Of a stretch of 49,858 nt of DNA, positions 27,943 to 37,299 are shown piece by piece. The stretch spans positions 1-49,858 of IMG/VR virus record IMGVR_UViG_3300017766_003758; one strand, 5' to 3'. The notes under the pieces are model-generated. The model saw only the letters and a list, made by a program, of their open reading frames with translations. It searched no databases and was not told the DNA's origin. The stretch is from a virus. Taxonomy: Duplodnaviria > Caudoviricetes. A program made the translations under genes and the position numbers. Position 1 is the first letter of the stretch. Each line of letters begins with the position of its first letter.

Positions 27943-28119
27943 ATGGCGACGATTGCAGCACCCGCTATTGACTGGAGCGGAGGGGCCCACCCTCAAGCCC
28001 AAGGCCAAGTAGTAGCTGCGGGGTCAGTTGTGCCCATAATTGGCCCGGAAAGGTTCGGGAACATCCCAGCCCCCGCGTTCTACTCAATACAAAATCCGAC
28101 ATCAGGCCAGAGTATTTAA
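27943..28119 (+). CDS. 58-aa hypothetical protein (absent from the ORF track)
   Basis: GGGAG RBS; MATIAAPAIDWSGGAHPQ...GQSI; fills the gap to the convergent primase stop. Confidence 0.5.
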   Translation: MATIAAPAIDWSGGAHPQAQGQVVAAGSVVPIIGPERFGNIPAPAFYSIQNPTSGQSI

Positions 28120-30410
28120 TCCGCCAGACCACACGCCTCGGCGAGTCCGGGCGGCAGCTCGTCAGACCATTCCCAACCCGCCGGGCGGCCCGCCACGCCG
28201 CCGTGGTAGTCGCGGCGTATAGAGGGGCCGAGTTCCCGCCAGAGATCCGCGTTGCGCCAGGCCAGCAGCCGCGTGCCATAGGCTGACGGCATGGTCGTGA
28301 AGCTGAACGGCTTGCGCTGCAGGACCCGCCCCAGGCGCTGCGCAGTCATGCCGGTGCGCTTCACGTAATGCAGCAGGTCGGCGACACCCACCAGATCCTT
28401 GTCGAACGGCGCCGCGCCCGTAGCGATCAGCTCGAGGATTTCCGACTCCGCAGTGCCGTAATTCACGCGCACCATTGCGCGCTTGGCCCTCGTCTCCGGT
28501 GCGCGGCCCTTCGGGTTGAACCCGGTGGTGGACTCGTCCATGAAAATGTGCCGCAGCACGCCAGGCGCGCGTTCGCTATTCAGGAATTCGTAAATCGTGC
28601 CGGACTTGTCCGCGGTCAAGCTCTTTTCGATGTGGCCGATGCACCAGCGGCGATCCGAGGCATCGAGGTGCAGGGCGTCGTCTTCGTAGTTCGATGTGCC
28701 AAGCACCTGAATGCGGTTGGGGGCATCGAACGGCTTTCCGCCCTTCGGGTGCACGAGCACAGTGTCATCGGTGATCCACGGCTTGACCCGGTTGAACATC
28801 CCGATGCGCTCAGCCTTGTCCGTGCCCGAGTGAAGCTCCTCGAAATAGATCCACCAGGCGTTGGCCAGCTGGTCCGAAAAGCTGCTCTGTAGCACCTTGC
28901 CATCCATGACGGTGAAATGCTGGGAGCCGAACAGCTTCTGGGGCATCACCTTCATAATCGTGTTCTTGCCAGAGCCCGTCTCATAGCCCACCAGCAGCGG
29001 CGCCATGGTGATCTTGTCACCGGGGTGCTGCACGACGTAGGCGAAGAATTTCTTCAGCCAGTCGCGGAATATCTCCTCGTCCGGCAGCGACCACATGAGG
29101 TTGAAAGCATTCAGCTCACGGGCCGTCGGCACCAGCGGGGCAGCCATCTGCGGCCGGTACACATTCAGGTAGCGGGCATCATTCTCGATGAAGAATCGCC
29201 CCTCACCGGGGTGCATCCCGAGCCCATAGACTTCCTCTTTCCACGGGGCCCGGCGCAGCTCGTCGCGGGGCACCGGGACGTGCGTCTTAACCTGGCCGTT
29301 GTTGCCGGCGATCTGCAGCACGGGCATGAGCGGGGTGTACAGGTCATCAATGGCTTCGCGGTTCAGGAACGTGCGCCGCGCGGAATCGTAATAGCCCCCC
29401 TGGCTGCTGACGAACACCAGCGGCTCCAGCGCCCGCTTGACGATGGCCCCGGGACGGGTGTCGAGCGGCGCGGCCGTGGCGGCGAACTCGACCTCCGGCA
29501 GCACCGGGAAGCTCTCGAGCGCGGCCGGGGCCTTGGACTTCAGGTACGCGATGGTGTAGCCGCTACCGGCTGTGAAGCTGGGCCACTTGTCCACGGGGTA
29601 CTGGGGGAGCTGGCCCTCGTTGGCCTGCCCGTACTTGCTGCCCCGGCGGCTCCACTCGTCCCACAGCGCAAGCCCCTCTGGGCCGCCTCCCGTGGCGTCG
29701 TGTAGGGCCATTCCTACAGCCACCCACTCCTCATAGGGGCTATCGGGGTCATGGAAGTCAAGGTAGTAGCGCAGCTCGGCCAGCGTCGCCGTATCGGGCT
29801 CTGCGGCGGCCGGCGGGGCAGCCAGCAGGGGGTGCTCCCAGTCCATTTCGACCGGCTGCACCTTGTGCACCTCGACGCCGCCCCACAGGAGCATGAGGGC
29901 ATCCGGCAGCGGTGGCAGGTTGCGCCAGTCGGCTATCAGCGGGTGGCCGAACTTCCAGGCGTAGGGCTTGCCCGTGGCCGGGTGGATCGAGGGCGGGAGC
30001 ACGTCCTGCACGCTGGTGCCATTGCGGGCGGCGCAGCGCAGCTCCAGCGCGTGATACTGCTTCCCGTCCACCAGGTGCTCATAGGGCGCCAGCTTCCTCG
30101 AGGGCAGCGGCGTGGGCAGCGCGTAGAGCAGCTTCGCGCGGTTGGCGCGGCCCGAGACGATCTGCACCGCGTCGGGAGCAGCCAGCAGCGCGTCAATGTC
30201 CACGCCGTTGGCCGCCAGGAATTTCCGGGCGACCTGCAGGTTGTCCAGGTCAATGGCGCATGTGCCGCTCAGCGCGTGGAGGAGGCCGGCGCCGGGGCCG
30301 GGGGTGTGGACGCCGGCCGTGTTCCAACCGTGGTAGGTGGGCCCCTTGGAGCCCGCAGGAATGGCGCACAGCTGCCAGCCGTGGTCGATGTAGTCTTGGA
30401 ATGGACTCAC
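28116..30410 (-). CDS. Bifunctional primase-polymerase + PriCT-2 + SF3/DUF5906-type helicase
   Basis: KGP...GW, AIDLD, VLPPSIHP (Prim-Pol); YEEWVAVGMALH...WDEWS (PriCT-2); GYETGSGKN, FEE, GTSN, DRRW. Confidence 0.9.
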   Translation of the reverse strand: MSPFQDYIDHGWQLCAIPAGSKGPTYHGWNTAGVHTPGPGAGLLHALSGTCAIDLDNLQVARKFLAANGVDIDALLAAPDAVQIVSGRANRAKLLYALPTPLPSRKLAPYEHLVDGKQYHALELRCAARNGTSVQDVLPPSIHPATGKPYAWKFGHPLIADWRNLPPLPDALMLLWGGVEVHKVQPVEMDWEHPLLAAPPAAAEPDTATLAELRYYLDFHDPDSPYEEWVAVGMALHDATGGGPEGLALWDEWSRRGSKYGQANEGQLPQYPVDKWPSFTAGSGYTIAYLKSKAPAALESFPVLPEVEFAATAAPLDTRPGAIVKRALEPLVFVSSQGGYYDSARRTFLNREAIDDLYTPLMPVLQIAGNNGQVKTHVPVPRDELRRAPWKEEVYGLGMHPGEGRFFIENDARYLNVYRPQMAAPLVPTARELNAFNLMWSLPDEEIFRDWLKKFFAYVVQHPGDKITMAPLLVGYETGSGKNTIMKVMPQKLFGSQHFTVMDGKVLQSSFSDQLANAWWIYFEELHSGTDKAERIGMFNRVKPWITDDTVLVHPKGGKPFDAPNRIQVLGTSNYEDDALHLDASDRRWCIGHIEKSLTADKSGTIYEFLNSERAPGVLRHIFMDESTTGFNPKGRAPETRAKRAMVRVNYGTAESEILELIATGAAPFDKDLVGVADLLHYVKRTGMTAQRLGRVLQRKPFSFTTMPSAYGTRLLAWRNADLWRELGPSIRRDYHGGVAGRPAGWEWSDELPPGLAEACGLAD

Positions 30411-30610
30411 AGGGCGTCGGGGCTCTGCACAGCGCCCCAGGCTCGGGCAATGGCGTAGGACCGGAACATATGGCGGCGGGCCCAGCTCACGGCGTTGGCG
30501 CGCTCACGGAACCACATGATGCCGATGGCGCCCTCATCCGTTGTCAGCTCAAACACGCCCCACTGCGTCTGCCGCGAGGGGGTAGATGATCCATTGTCAG
30601 GTTCGAACAC
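30407..30610 (-). CDS. Hypothetical protein (67 aa)
   Basis: AGGAG upstream; stop overlaps primase start. Confidence 0.55.
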   Translation of the reverse strand: MFEPDNGSSTPSRQTQWGVFELTTDEGAIGIMWFRERANAVSWARRHMFRSYAIARAWGAVQSPDAL

Positions 30611-30629
30611 CGTACTTGCTCCTGTACGT

Positions 30630-32018
30630 CTAGGTGGCGTCCCGTCCGCGGGCGTGGGCCAGCAGGAGGGCTTCTTGGACTGATATTTTCGACTTTACGC
30701 GATCCCGCAGCACCCTGTCCAGCGTGCCAACTGCCAAGATGTCATAGTGGATGACGGCGCGGTCGAACCCGGCCGCTTGCTGCCGCAGCGGGTTGATGCG
30801 CCCTTCCACCTGCAGCCGGTACTCACTATTCCAGGTGTGCGCGAAGTGCGCCATTGCCCGGCCGCCGTACTGCAGGTTCACGCCGTGGCCGGCAGACTGC
30901 GGGTGCAGCGCCATGAGCGGGATCTTGCCCTCGTTCCACGCGGTCTCGTCCGCCTTGCCGCTGAACACGACCATCTTCGGAAACCGCTTTTTCAGCAGCT
31001 CGACTTCGGCCTTGTACCAGTAGGCCACAAGCAACGGCTCCTGCAGCTCGTCCATGATGGATTCAACCGCATCCACCTTGGCCTCGTGAACCATCACCGC
31101 GGTCTTGTCATCGTGGATGACAGTGCCCGACGCCAGCTGCAGCAGCTTGGTGGAAAGGGCCGCAGCGTTGACGGCTGTAACCTCGTGCCGAGCTTCCAGC
31201 TGTTCAATGCGGATCCAGAAATCGCGCTCCATTTGCTTGTAGAGCGCCATCGCCTCGGGCGGCAGCTTGACTTCGCGCTCGATGTAGTTGGGCTCGGCAA
31301 CTTTCATCCATTCTTCGGCGCGAATCGAGAGTGTGCAGTCAGCGAGCAGCTTGTCGATTTCATCCTTGCAACTTGGGTGCCGCAATTCCACTTGGCGCGT
31401 GTACGGGTTCTCAACGAACCAGCGGCGCATGTACTTCGAGTAGCTGTCCCCGAGGCGCTGGCCGAAGTCGATGAACCACTGCTGGCCCCAGATGTCCTGG
31501 TAGCCGTTGGGGCTCGGGGTGCCTGTCAGGTTGATCCAGCGCCCCGTGGCCTGCGCGATGGTGGACAGCGCCTGGGCGCGCTTGCCGCCCTGCTGCGCGC
31601 GGAACGACTTGATCTTGGTGGACTCATCCGCAATGACGATCCTGAACGGCCACGGCTTGCCAGCGAACTGGGCGATCAACCACGGCAGATTTTCGTAGTT
31701 GATCACGTACACGTCGCCCAGCGACAGCAGCGCATCCGTGCGGGTGCGCTCGTCGCCCAGCAGGGACACGATGCGCAGGCCGTGGAACGCGGTCCACTTG
31801 TCGCGTTCAGCTGGCCACGTCAGTTCAGCCACCGCCTTGGGGGCGATGACCAGCGCAGGGAAGAACGCGCTGCCCAGCATCTTCAGCTGTGTCAGCAGCG
31901 CGTAGACCATGGATGTCTTGCGCGCTCCTGGCGTCGCCCACAGGTTGCACCGCGGGTGGTCCCGCAGGAACTTGGTGCCCATCACTTGGTGGGGTGCAGG
32001 TATGAACTTCTGGCTCAC
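30630..32018 (-). CDS. SNF2-like SF2 helicase
   Basis: LVIAP, INYE, IADEST, LTGTPSPN, KLLQLASG, HPQSAGHGVNLQ; Walker A reads PGARKT. Confidence 0.9.
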   Translation of the reverse strand: MSQKFIPAPHQVMGTKFLRDHPRCNLWATPGARKTSMVYALLTQLKMLGSAFFPALVIAPKAVAELTWPAERDKWTAFHGLRIVSLLGDERTRTDALLSLGDVYVINYENLPWLIAQFAGKPWPFRIVIADESTKIKSFRAQQGGKRAQALSTIAQATGRWINLTGTPSPNGYQDIWGQQWFIDFGQRLGDSYSKYMRRWFVENPYTRQVELRHPSCKDEIDKLLADCTLSIRAEEWMKVAEPNYIEREVKLPPEAMALYKQMERDFWIRIEQLEARHEVTAVNAAALSTKLLQLASGTVIHDDKTAVMVHEAKVDAVESIMDELQEPLLVAYWYKAEVELLKKRFPKMVVFSGKADETAWNEGKIPLMALHPQSAGHGVNLQYGGRAMAHFAHTWNSEYRLQVEGRINPLRQQAAGFDRAVIHYDILAVGTLDRVLRDRVKSKISVQEALLLAHARGRDAT

Positions 32019-32467
32019 GTGTACTTCGGTGCTCCGGCCAGATCCTTGTAGGCTTGCGTGCCGAGCTCCGGAGTAGGGTATTCTATTTCACACCCGATCC
32101 CTTTTCCGTAGCTGTAGGCTGCCATTTCCCCGGCCGGCATGGGCACCTTGTTCGCGGCATCCTTCTCGATCTGCAGCTGCAGCTCGGCCAAGATGCGCCA
32201 GGCTGCCTTCGCCAGATGGTACTGGCCGTCAGCATCCCGGGTCACGCCGAGCTTGTGGTCCCACATATGCCGGAACGCCGTGTCCATCTGGTTGGTGGAC
32301 TTGCCCCGCGCCCACTTGATGTCGGCCGGATCCAGCTCGGGGTTGTGCTGGATGTTGCCAGCAACGCTGACCTTCACGCACGCAATGATGGCGTCGGGAA
32401 AGTATTCGGTCAGCCACTTGAAAATCGGCAGTTCCTTGCGGCTCTTGTCGTCGGTAGGTAGTCTCAT
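32015..32467 (-). CDS. dATP/dGTP diphosphohydrolase-like protein (DUF5664)
   Basis: YFPDA...V...GN.QH....W.RGKS....D...RH.......D.DG..HLAKAAWR.LA.LQ pattern. Confidence 0.72.
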   Translation of the reverse strand: MRLPTDDKSRKELPIFKWLTEYFPDAIIACVKVSVAGNIQHNPELDPADIKWARGKSTNQMDTAFRHMWDHKLGVTRDADGQYHLAKAAWRILAELQLQIEKDAANKVPMPAGEMAAYSYGKGIGCEIEYPTPELGTQAYKDLAGAPKYT

Positions 32468-32694
32468 TTGTGTCCCCATGTGCGGCCGTTGAACCAACGG
32501 CGAATTACAAACTGCCTTACCAGAGATATCACTGTGTAAAGCAGGCCAATGATGAAATTCTTTCCGGGCGTAAGGCTGTCAAAGCCAAACAGCGGGAGGA
32601 TAAGCAGGTTGGCAAAGTAGTTGATCGCGAACCCTATGGCTATGTTCGCCTTGGCTTCAACGATGCTGCCCCAGACGGTCTGGCGGCCTATCAT
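32464..32694 (-). CDS. Small membrane protein
   Basis: Q...S.VEA.ANIAIG...YTVISLVR..VIRRWFN, two TM helices; ATGA overlaps. Confidence 0.75.
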   Translation of the reverse strand: MIGRQTVWGSIVEAKANIAIGFAINYFANLLILPLFGFDSLTPGKNFIIGLLYTVISLVRQFVIRRWFNGRTWGHK

Positions 32695-33023
32695 TTCTTC
32701 CCCCTCAGTCGCAAGTAATCCTCGGCCTGCTTCATGTTCCAGATGACATGGACACAGAAGCCCATCTTCATGCGGCACTCGTGGTCGCGCTCCTGCAACA
32801 CGGTGAGCTTGCCGCGGGGGGCTTTCGTCTCGATAAATTCGGTGGTAGGGCTGTAGGTCGTCGGGTACCCCGACAGCTGCAGCGAGTTCCTCTCGTGCCC
32901 AGCGGGCCACATGACGATGTTGTCCGGCACCCCGCGCCGCCCCGGGCTTGTGTGCTTTTCCATCCAGCCGCCGAGCTTGGCGATCTCGGCGCGCAGGTAT
33001 TTCTCGATCGTGGATTCTCTCAC
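32691..33023 (-). CDS. VRR-NUC domain nuclease
   Basis: RESTIE, SPGRRGVPD, FIETKAP.GK....Q motifs. Confidence 0.88.
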   Translation of the reverse strand: MRESTIEKYLRAEIAKLGGWMEKHTSPGRRGVPDNIVMWPAGHERNSLQLSGYPTTYSPTTEFIETKAPRGKLTVLQERDHECRMKMGFCVHVIWNMKQAEDYLRLRGKK

Positions 33024-35203
33024 TTCCTGTACCTCTGGCCCGTCCACCCACTCGCGGCGAGCGGCAAGCCTTTAAGCCATGGGTGTTTCGCTGACAGGTT
33101 CTCGGTCAGCAGCCATTCGAGCCTCTGGTGGCTCAGCATGCCCTTGGGCAGCTCCAGCGTCGGTTCGTCGTGTACGTGCAGCACGAGCGGGGTCGCCGCG
33201 TTGGCTGGCAGCGTGTGGAGCCAGTCGGCTATCACGGGGTGCGCTTCGCAGTACGCCTGCACCTCCAGCATGCCGAGCCGCAGCACGTCGGCGCACCCGG
33301 CCTGGCAGATGTTCTCGATCCACAGCCCCGGCCAGCCCTTGAGCCACTGCCACTGCTTTCCGCGGGAAGCCTTGTACCAGAACACTTCCCGCTGGGTGAT
33401 CACGCCCGTCTCGATGTCAACTTCGTCTTCGTTGCGCATCTGGGGCGACCAGTAGAACAGCCGGCGCTTGCTCGGCAGCTGGATGATCAGCGCGTGGCCG
33501 TTGTACCAGATGTCGCACTTGGCGGCCCGGTACAGGGTGTTCGGGCTGCGCATCGCCTCGGACACCACCTTGCCAATGCGATAGCCCTCGTCCCCCACGG
33601 CGGCGTTGGCTGCCCGGTACATCTTCACGATGGCCGAGCACGACTTGAACACCCACGGCTTGAGCCCGTAGTCTTCGCCGCTGAGAAACGCGCGCTTCCA
33701 GTCCTTGTGGGCCTTGCGCTGGATCGTCTCGGGCACGCGCTCCCAGACGCCCTGCATGAGCTCCTCGAGGTCCACGTTGTTGCCGAGCGCCATCGTGACC
33801 ATCGCGCCGGTGCCGCCAAGGTAGCCGCAGGCCAGATCGACCTGCTTCGCCGCCTGGCGCTCTTTCTTCGACACGTCTTCGGCCTTCATGCCGAAGAACA
33901 GTGCCCACAGCGCCTTGTAGCTGTCCGCCGCCTCGCCGCGGTCCACGGCGCGGAAGTAGTCCAGCTTCCATGCGTTCTCGGTGCACCACGCGAGGAAGCG
34001 CGACTCGATGTTCGCCCAGTCAGCCGACACCAGCTCGTTGCCGGGCGCAGCGACAATGGCCGAGCGCAGCACGTCGTTGCACACGGCGTTGATGCCGCCG
34101 TGGTCCTGCAGGATCTGGGCGCTGCCAGTCAGCACGGCCGGCACAGCGATTTCCTCGATGGGCTTCCACGGGTCAGCCTTGTCGATGCTCTCCCAGTGCC
34201 CGCTCGGTCGCGGCAGGTTCTGCGGCTGGTAGGTGCGCCCGGCCCACCGGCCGGTGCGGTTGGCGCCGCTGTACACCATGGTGTCGCGCAGCCGGCCGTC
34301 AGCCCCGGCGCACTCCAGCCCACGCTTGTACTTGGCGCCGCTCGACTTGCTGCCCTCCAGGCGCAGCTCCAGCAGGTATCGCTGCGCGGGGGCGAGGCTG
34401 TCATCTTCCAGCGCCTCGCGCACATCGGACGCCTTCATGCTGGCGATTTCAAGGCCCGACTCGTTGAACCACTTCAGCAGCTTCTCGCGCTGAGTGACGC
34501 TGCCCACGGCCCCGTCGGTGGCGAAGGCCGCCCCGCGCTTCTGGCTCAGCTTGGCCGACTCGAGCAGCTTCACCGCGGCACGGGCCAGCTCGGAGTCGAA
34601 CCCGAACCCGCGCTCGTTTATGCGCTGGTCGAGGAACCACGCGTCGAGGTTCACGCCTTGGAAGTTCCAGGTCGGCAGCTTGCGGTGGACGTGGCGCAGC
34701 GCTTCCACGTCGCGGATAGCGTAGCGCTTGAAGGCTTCCCATTTCTCGGGGTGATCAGTCGGCTCGTTCCACAGCGCCGCGCCGCCCTTGGTGATCGAGC
34801 GTGGCGTGCAGAAGTGCAGCATCAGCTTGTGGCCGTCGTCCCCGGTGAGCTTTTTCTGCTCGATGCCGAGCACGTTGCCCAGCGTCTCCAGCGAGCCGGG
34901 CAAGCCGTGCGCATAGGCTTGCGCCTGGGTGCAGCGGTAGCGCTCCAGCGGGATGTTGACGCCGAACAGGCGCTCAATGATGCGCCGGTCGAACTGGGCG
35001 TTGTGCGCTATGTAGATGGCGTCCGCAGCGCGAAACGCGCATGGCAGGCCAAGGTGCGGCGTTTTGGTGTAGTCGATCACCTGCACAGGCTCGTCATCCA
35101 CCGCCCATGCGAGGATCAGCGGCTCGGCGGCGCGCATGTAGTTGTCGAGCCCCCAGCGGATCGGGTTGGGGCTTCGAGTCTCGAAGTCGAAGTAGATGTT
35201 CAA
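33020..35203 (-). CDS. Phage DNA polymerase, family A
   Basis: Exonuclease DFETRS, AHNAQFD, YAIRDV; TGRW..QPQN; motif A ADWANIESR, motif B RQAAKQVDLACGY, motif C HVHDE. Confidence 0.95.
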   Translation of the reverse strand: MNIYFDFETRSPNPIRWGLDNYMRAAEPLILAWAVDDEPVQVIDYTKTPHLGLPCAFRAADAIYIAHNAQFDRRIIERLFGVNIPLERYRCTQAQAYAHGLPGSLETLGNVLGIEQKKLTGDDGHKLMLHFCTPRSITKGGAALWNEPTDHPEKWEAFKRYAIRDVEALRHVHRKLPTWNFQGVNLDAWFLDQRINERGFGFDSELARAAVKLLESAKLSQKRGAAFATDGAVGSVTQREKLLKWFNESGLEIASMKASDVREALEDDSLAPAQRYLLELRLEGSKSSGAKYKRGLECAGADGRLRDTMVYSGANRTGRWAGRTYQPQNLPRPSGHWESIDKADPWKPIEEIAVPAVLTGSAQILQDHGGINAVCNDVLRSAIVAAPGNELVSADWANIESRFLAWCTENAWKLDYFRAVDRGEAADSYKALWALFFGMKAEDVSKKERQAAKQVDLACGYLGGTGAMVTMALGNNVDLEELMQGVWERVPETIQRKAHKDWKRAFLSGEDYGLKPWVFKSCSAIVKMYRAANAAVGDEGYRIGKVVSEAMRSPNTLYRAAKCDIWYNGHALIIQLPSKRRLFYWSPQMRNEDEVDIETGVITQREVFWYKASRGKQWQWLKGWPGLWIENICQAGCADVLRLGMLEVQAYCEAHPVIADWLHTLPANAATPLVLHVHDEPTLELPKGMLSHQRLEWLLTENLSAKHPWLKGLPLAASGWTGQRYRK

Positions 35204-35229
35204 TGCAAACTTTCCCGCGTTGCTGCGCT

Positions 35230-35299
35230 AAAAAGAGCCCCTTGTAGGACTAGGTTGCCGGCGGGGATCAGGCCGCAGACTCCGTTTGTACAAGGGGCT
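35230..35299 (-). terminator. Long-loop stem with U tract between ssb and the polymerase gene
   Basis: AGCCCCTTGTA (35236-35246) / TACAAGGGGCT (35289-35299), 42-nt interior, then CTTTTT on the - strand. Confidence 0.5.
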
Positions 35300-35311
35300 A
35301 CCCGAACAGAC

Positions 35312-35950
35312 TTAGATCAGGCCACCAGCGGCCGCGCTCGGGGGAGCTGCATCGGCTCCGCTGGTTTCCATCTGCGGGAACTCCTCGGGCGCGGCCACGC
35401 GGCCACCGCCACTGAACGCCTCGTCATGGCGCAGGAACTGAACTCCCGTCACCGTGGCGTTGATGCGCTTGCCCCACTGCGACGGCTTGCCGTCTGCGCC
35501 CTGCGGCCACAGATCCACCATCACGTTGGCCCAGCAGCCGCTGTACGGGAACATCGGGTCATCGGGACCGATATCCACGTTCTGCCCGTTGCGCGTCACC
35601 AGGATGCGCGGGCGGCGGCTGTTGGAAGACGACACGAACAGCATATCCTTGTACGGTCCCTGACCGCCCTTGGTGATGTTGCCATCGTGCAGGCACAGCT
35701 TGTCCTGACCGTTCAGCTGCTGCAGCACGGCCTCGGCCTGCGCACCCCAGCCTGCAGCGGCAACCTTGCGGATGGCGTCGCGGATGGCGGTGTGAGCGGG
35801 GGAGCCGGCCTTGAACAGCGCATGCGCGGTGTACGATGACTTGGCATTGCCATCGTCGTTGCGGCCCACGTAGGGCTGCGCGAGGTAAGCGTAGCTGAGC
35901 CGGACTTCCGGCAGCAGCACTGAGATATTGCGATTTTCAGCCATTGTCAT
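35312..35950 (-). CDS. ssDNA-binding protein (DUF2815/T7 gp2.5-like)
   Basis: VRLSY..L, L.DG, YSGC, RINA...GVQFLRH.EAFSGG. Confidence 0.85.
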   Translation of the reverse strand: MTMAENRNISVLLPEVRLSYAYLAQPYVGRNDDGNAKSSYTAHALFKAGSPAHTAIRDAIRKVAAAGWGAQAEAVLQQLNGQDKLCLHDGNITKGGQGPYKDMLFVSSSNSRRPRILVTRNGQNVDIGPDDPMFPYSGCWANVMVDLWPQGADGKPSQWGKRINATVTGVQFLRHDEAFSGGGRVAAPEEFPQMETSGADAAPPSAAAGGLI

Positions 35951-35970
35951 ATCCTCTCTTGGTTACTGGT

Positions 35971-37299
35971 TCAAACAAGCCCGCCGGCCGTGGGCGCCAA
36001 CGGGAATTCCGATGATACCACGGCCATCGGCGGCCGCGGATCTTCCATGCGCTCGAGTGCCGGCTTGCCATCTGCCTGCGTGACATGGGCCTGCAGTGCA
36101 GCCCACAACAGCGGGGCCTTTTTCTCGAGCGGCTTCTGCAGCTGCGACACCGACTTGAGATCCCGCGGCTGGTAGGCCGAGTCACCCAAGGCGAAATGGA
36201 TCGCATCCTCGACGGGCAGCGCGGTGGGCTCGTCGCCGTCCACGCCAATCTCGCGCAGCGCCTCCAGGTCCAGCTGGACGCGGGCGCCGTCTTCCAGGTT
36301 GCGGTTGCCGCGCCGGCCCTCGACCAGCTTCCAGTTCGGCAGCGTGTGGCCCTGCAGCGCACGGGCCAGCCCCTCGGCACGCACGGCTGACAGGTAATGC
36401 TCCCGCCAGTCGGCGATGTCCAGTTCTTCGGCCAACTGTACGTCATCCAAAGCAAACAGATACGCTTTTAGCTCGCCTTCCTCCATCGTTACAGGGAAGG
36501 CGTCGAGCATTTTGCTCGTCTGGGCAGCGCAGTTGCCCGACAGCGGGCACCAGCGGCACTGTTTGTCGCCGGGGTTCAGGTGCGACAGCTGCACCGCGCT
36601 CGGACCCTCGACGTACAGCCCGTAAGCGATCTGGGCCAGCGGGGCAATCGACTTCACCCATTCCATGAGCTCGCCGACGGTCATCGACTCATCATCGAAG
36701 TGATTCGCGCGCGGCTGGGCGATGATGCCCTTGGCGAGCCAGTCGTCTTCGATGCCGAGCAGGCGCAGCTTGGCGATGATCGCCGCCATGTACAGGCGCA
36801 GCTGGGTGTTCCCCTTGGCGTACACAATGTCGCCCCGGCCGAACTTCAGGTCCACGCCGTAGACAACCTTGTTGTCGTAGTCAACAACCACGGCGTCAGA
36901 CGTGCCTGCAGCCACGGGCTTGTTGTCCGCCTTGCGGAACTTCGGCAGCCCGAGCAGCGCGGAATAGTCCAGGTCCACTTCGATCATGCGCTGGCCCGGC
37001 AGGCTGCGCACCAGATCGACGTACTTCTGGGCCTCGAGCGCGTTGTCTTCGTCAATCGTGAAGTCGAAGCCCTGCACGTGATAGCGCTCGCCCACGTAGG
37101 CAACGCAATCGTTGTGGTTCACGAGCGCACGGCGGGCCACGTCGTGGTAGGCGGTGCCCTCTGTCGCGTACTTGCTCGTGGCGCGCGGCGGGACGCCTTG
37201 AGCGGCGGCCAGCGCGCCGGCGCAGGCCAGCCACGTGGCCGACTTGCTGGCCGACAGGATGGCGTGGACGCTCTCGGGGATCTGGATGACGGGGCTCAC
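35971..37299 (-). CDS. DUF2800 PD-(D/E)XK (Cas4-like) exonuclease
   Basis: HAILSAS...W..C, EGTAYH, GTSD, DLKFGRG, QLRLY, QPR, CRWC..C, KLVEGR. Confidence 0.88.
   Translation of the reverse strand: MSPVIQIPESVHAILSASKSATWLACAGALAAAQGVPPRATSKYATEGTAYHDVARRALVNHNDCVAYVGERYHVQGFDFTIDEDNALEAQKYVDLVRSLPGQRMIEVDLDYSALLGLPKFRKADNKPVAAGTSDAVVVDYDNKVVYGVDLKFGRGDIVYAKGNTQLRLYMAAIIAKLRLLGIEDDWLAKGIIAQPRANHFDDESMTVGELMEWVKSIAPLAQIAYGLYVEGPSAVQLSHLNPGDKQCRWCPLSGNCAAQTSKMLDAFPVTMEEGELKAYLFALDDVQLAEELDIADWREHYLSAVRAEGLARALQGHTLPNWKLVEGRRGNRNLEDGARVQLDLEALREIGVDGDEPTALPVEDAIHFALGDSAYQPRDLKSVSQLQKPLEKKAPLLWAALQAHVTQADGKPALERMEDPRPPMAVVSSEFPLAPTAGGLV

Noticed and set aside
25335-28119. Diversity-generating retroelement acting on the tail fibre
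   Set aside because: No reverse transcriptase and no template/variable repeat pair seen
32015-35203. Complete Z-genome (diaminopurine) system
   Set aside because: No PurZ/adenylosuccinate synthetase-like or HD-family DatZ gene recognised
33128-35839. 903-aa + strand ORF and other long antisense ORFs (e.g. 17514-19976, 6620-8419, 23118-24803, 48010-49602)
   Set aside because: Shadow frames opposite well-supported genes; expected from GC-rich codon bias; no motifs
35971-37299. Cas4-like nuclease as a sign of CRISPR-Cas
   Set aside because: DUF2800 is a routine phage replication/recombination gene next to SSB and PolA; no array or other cas genes
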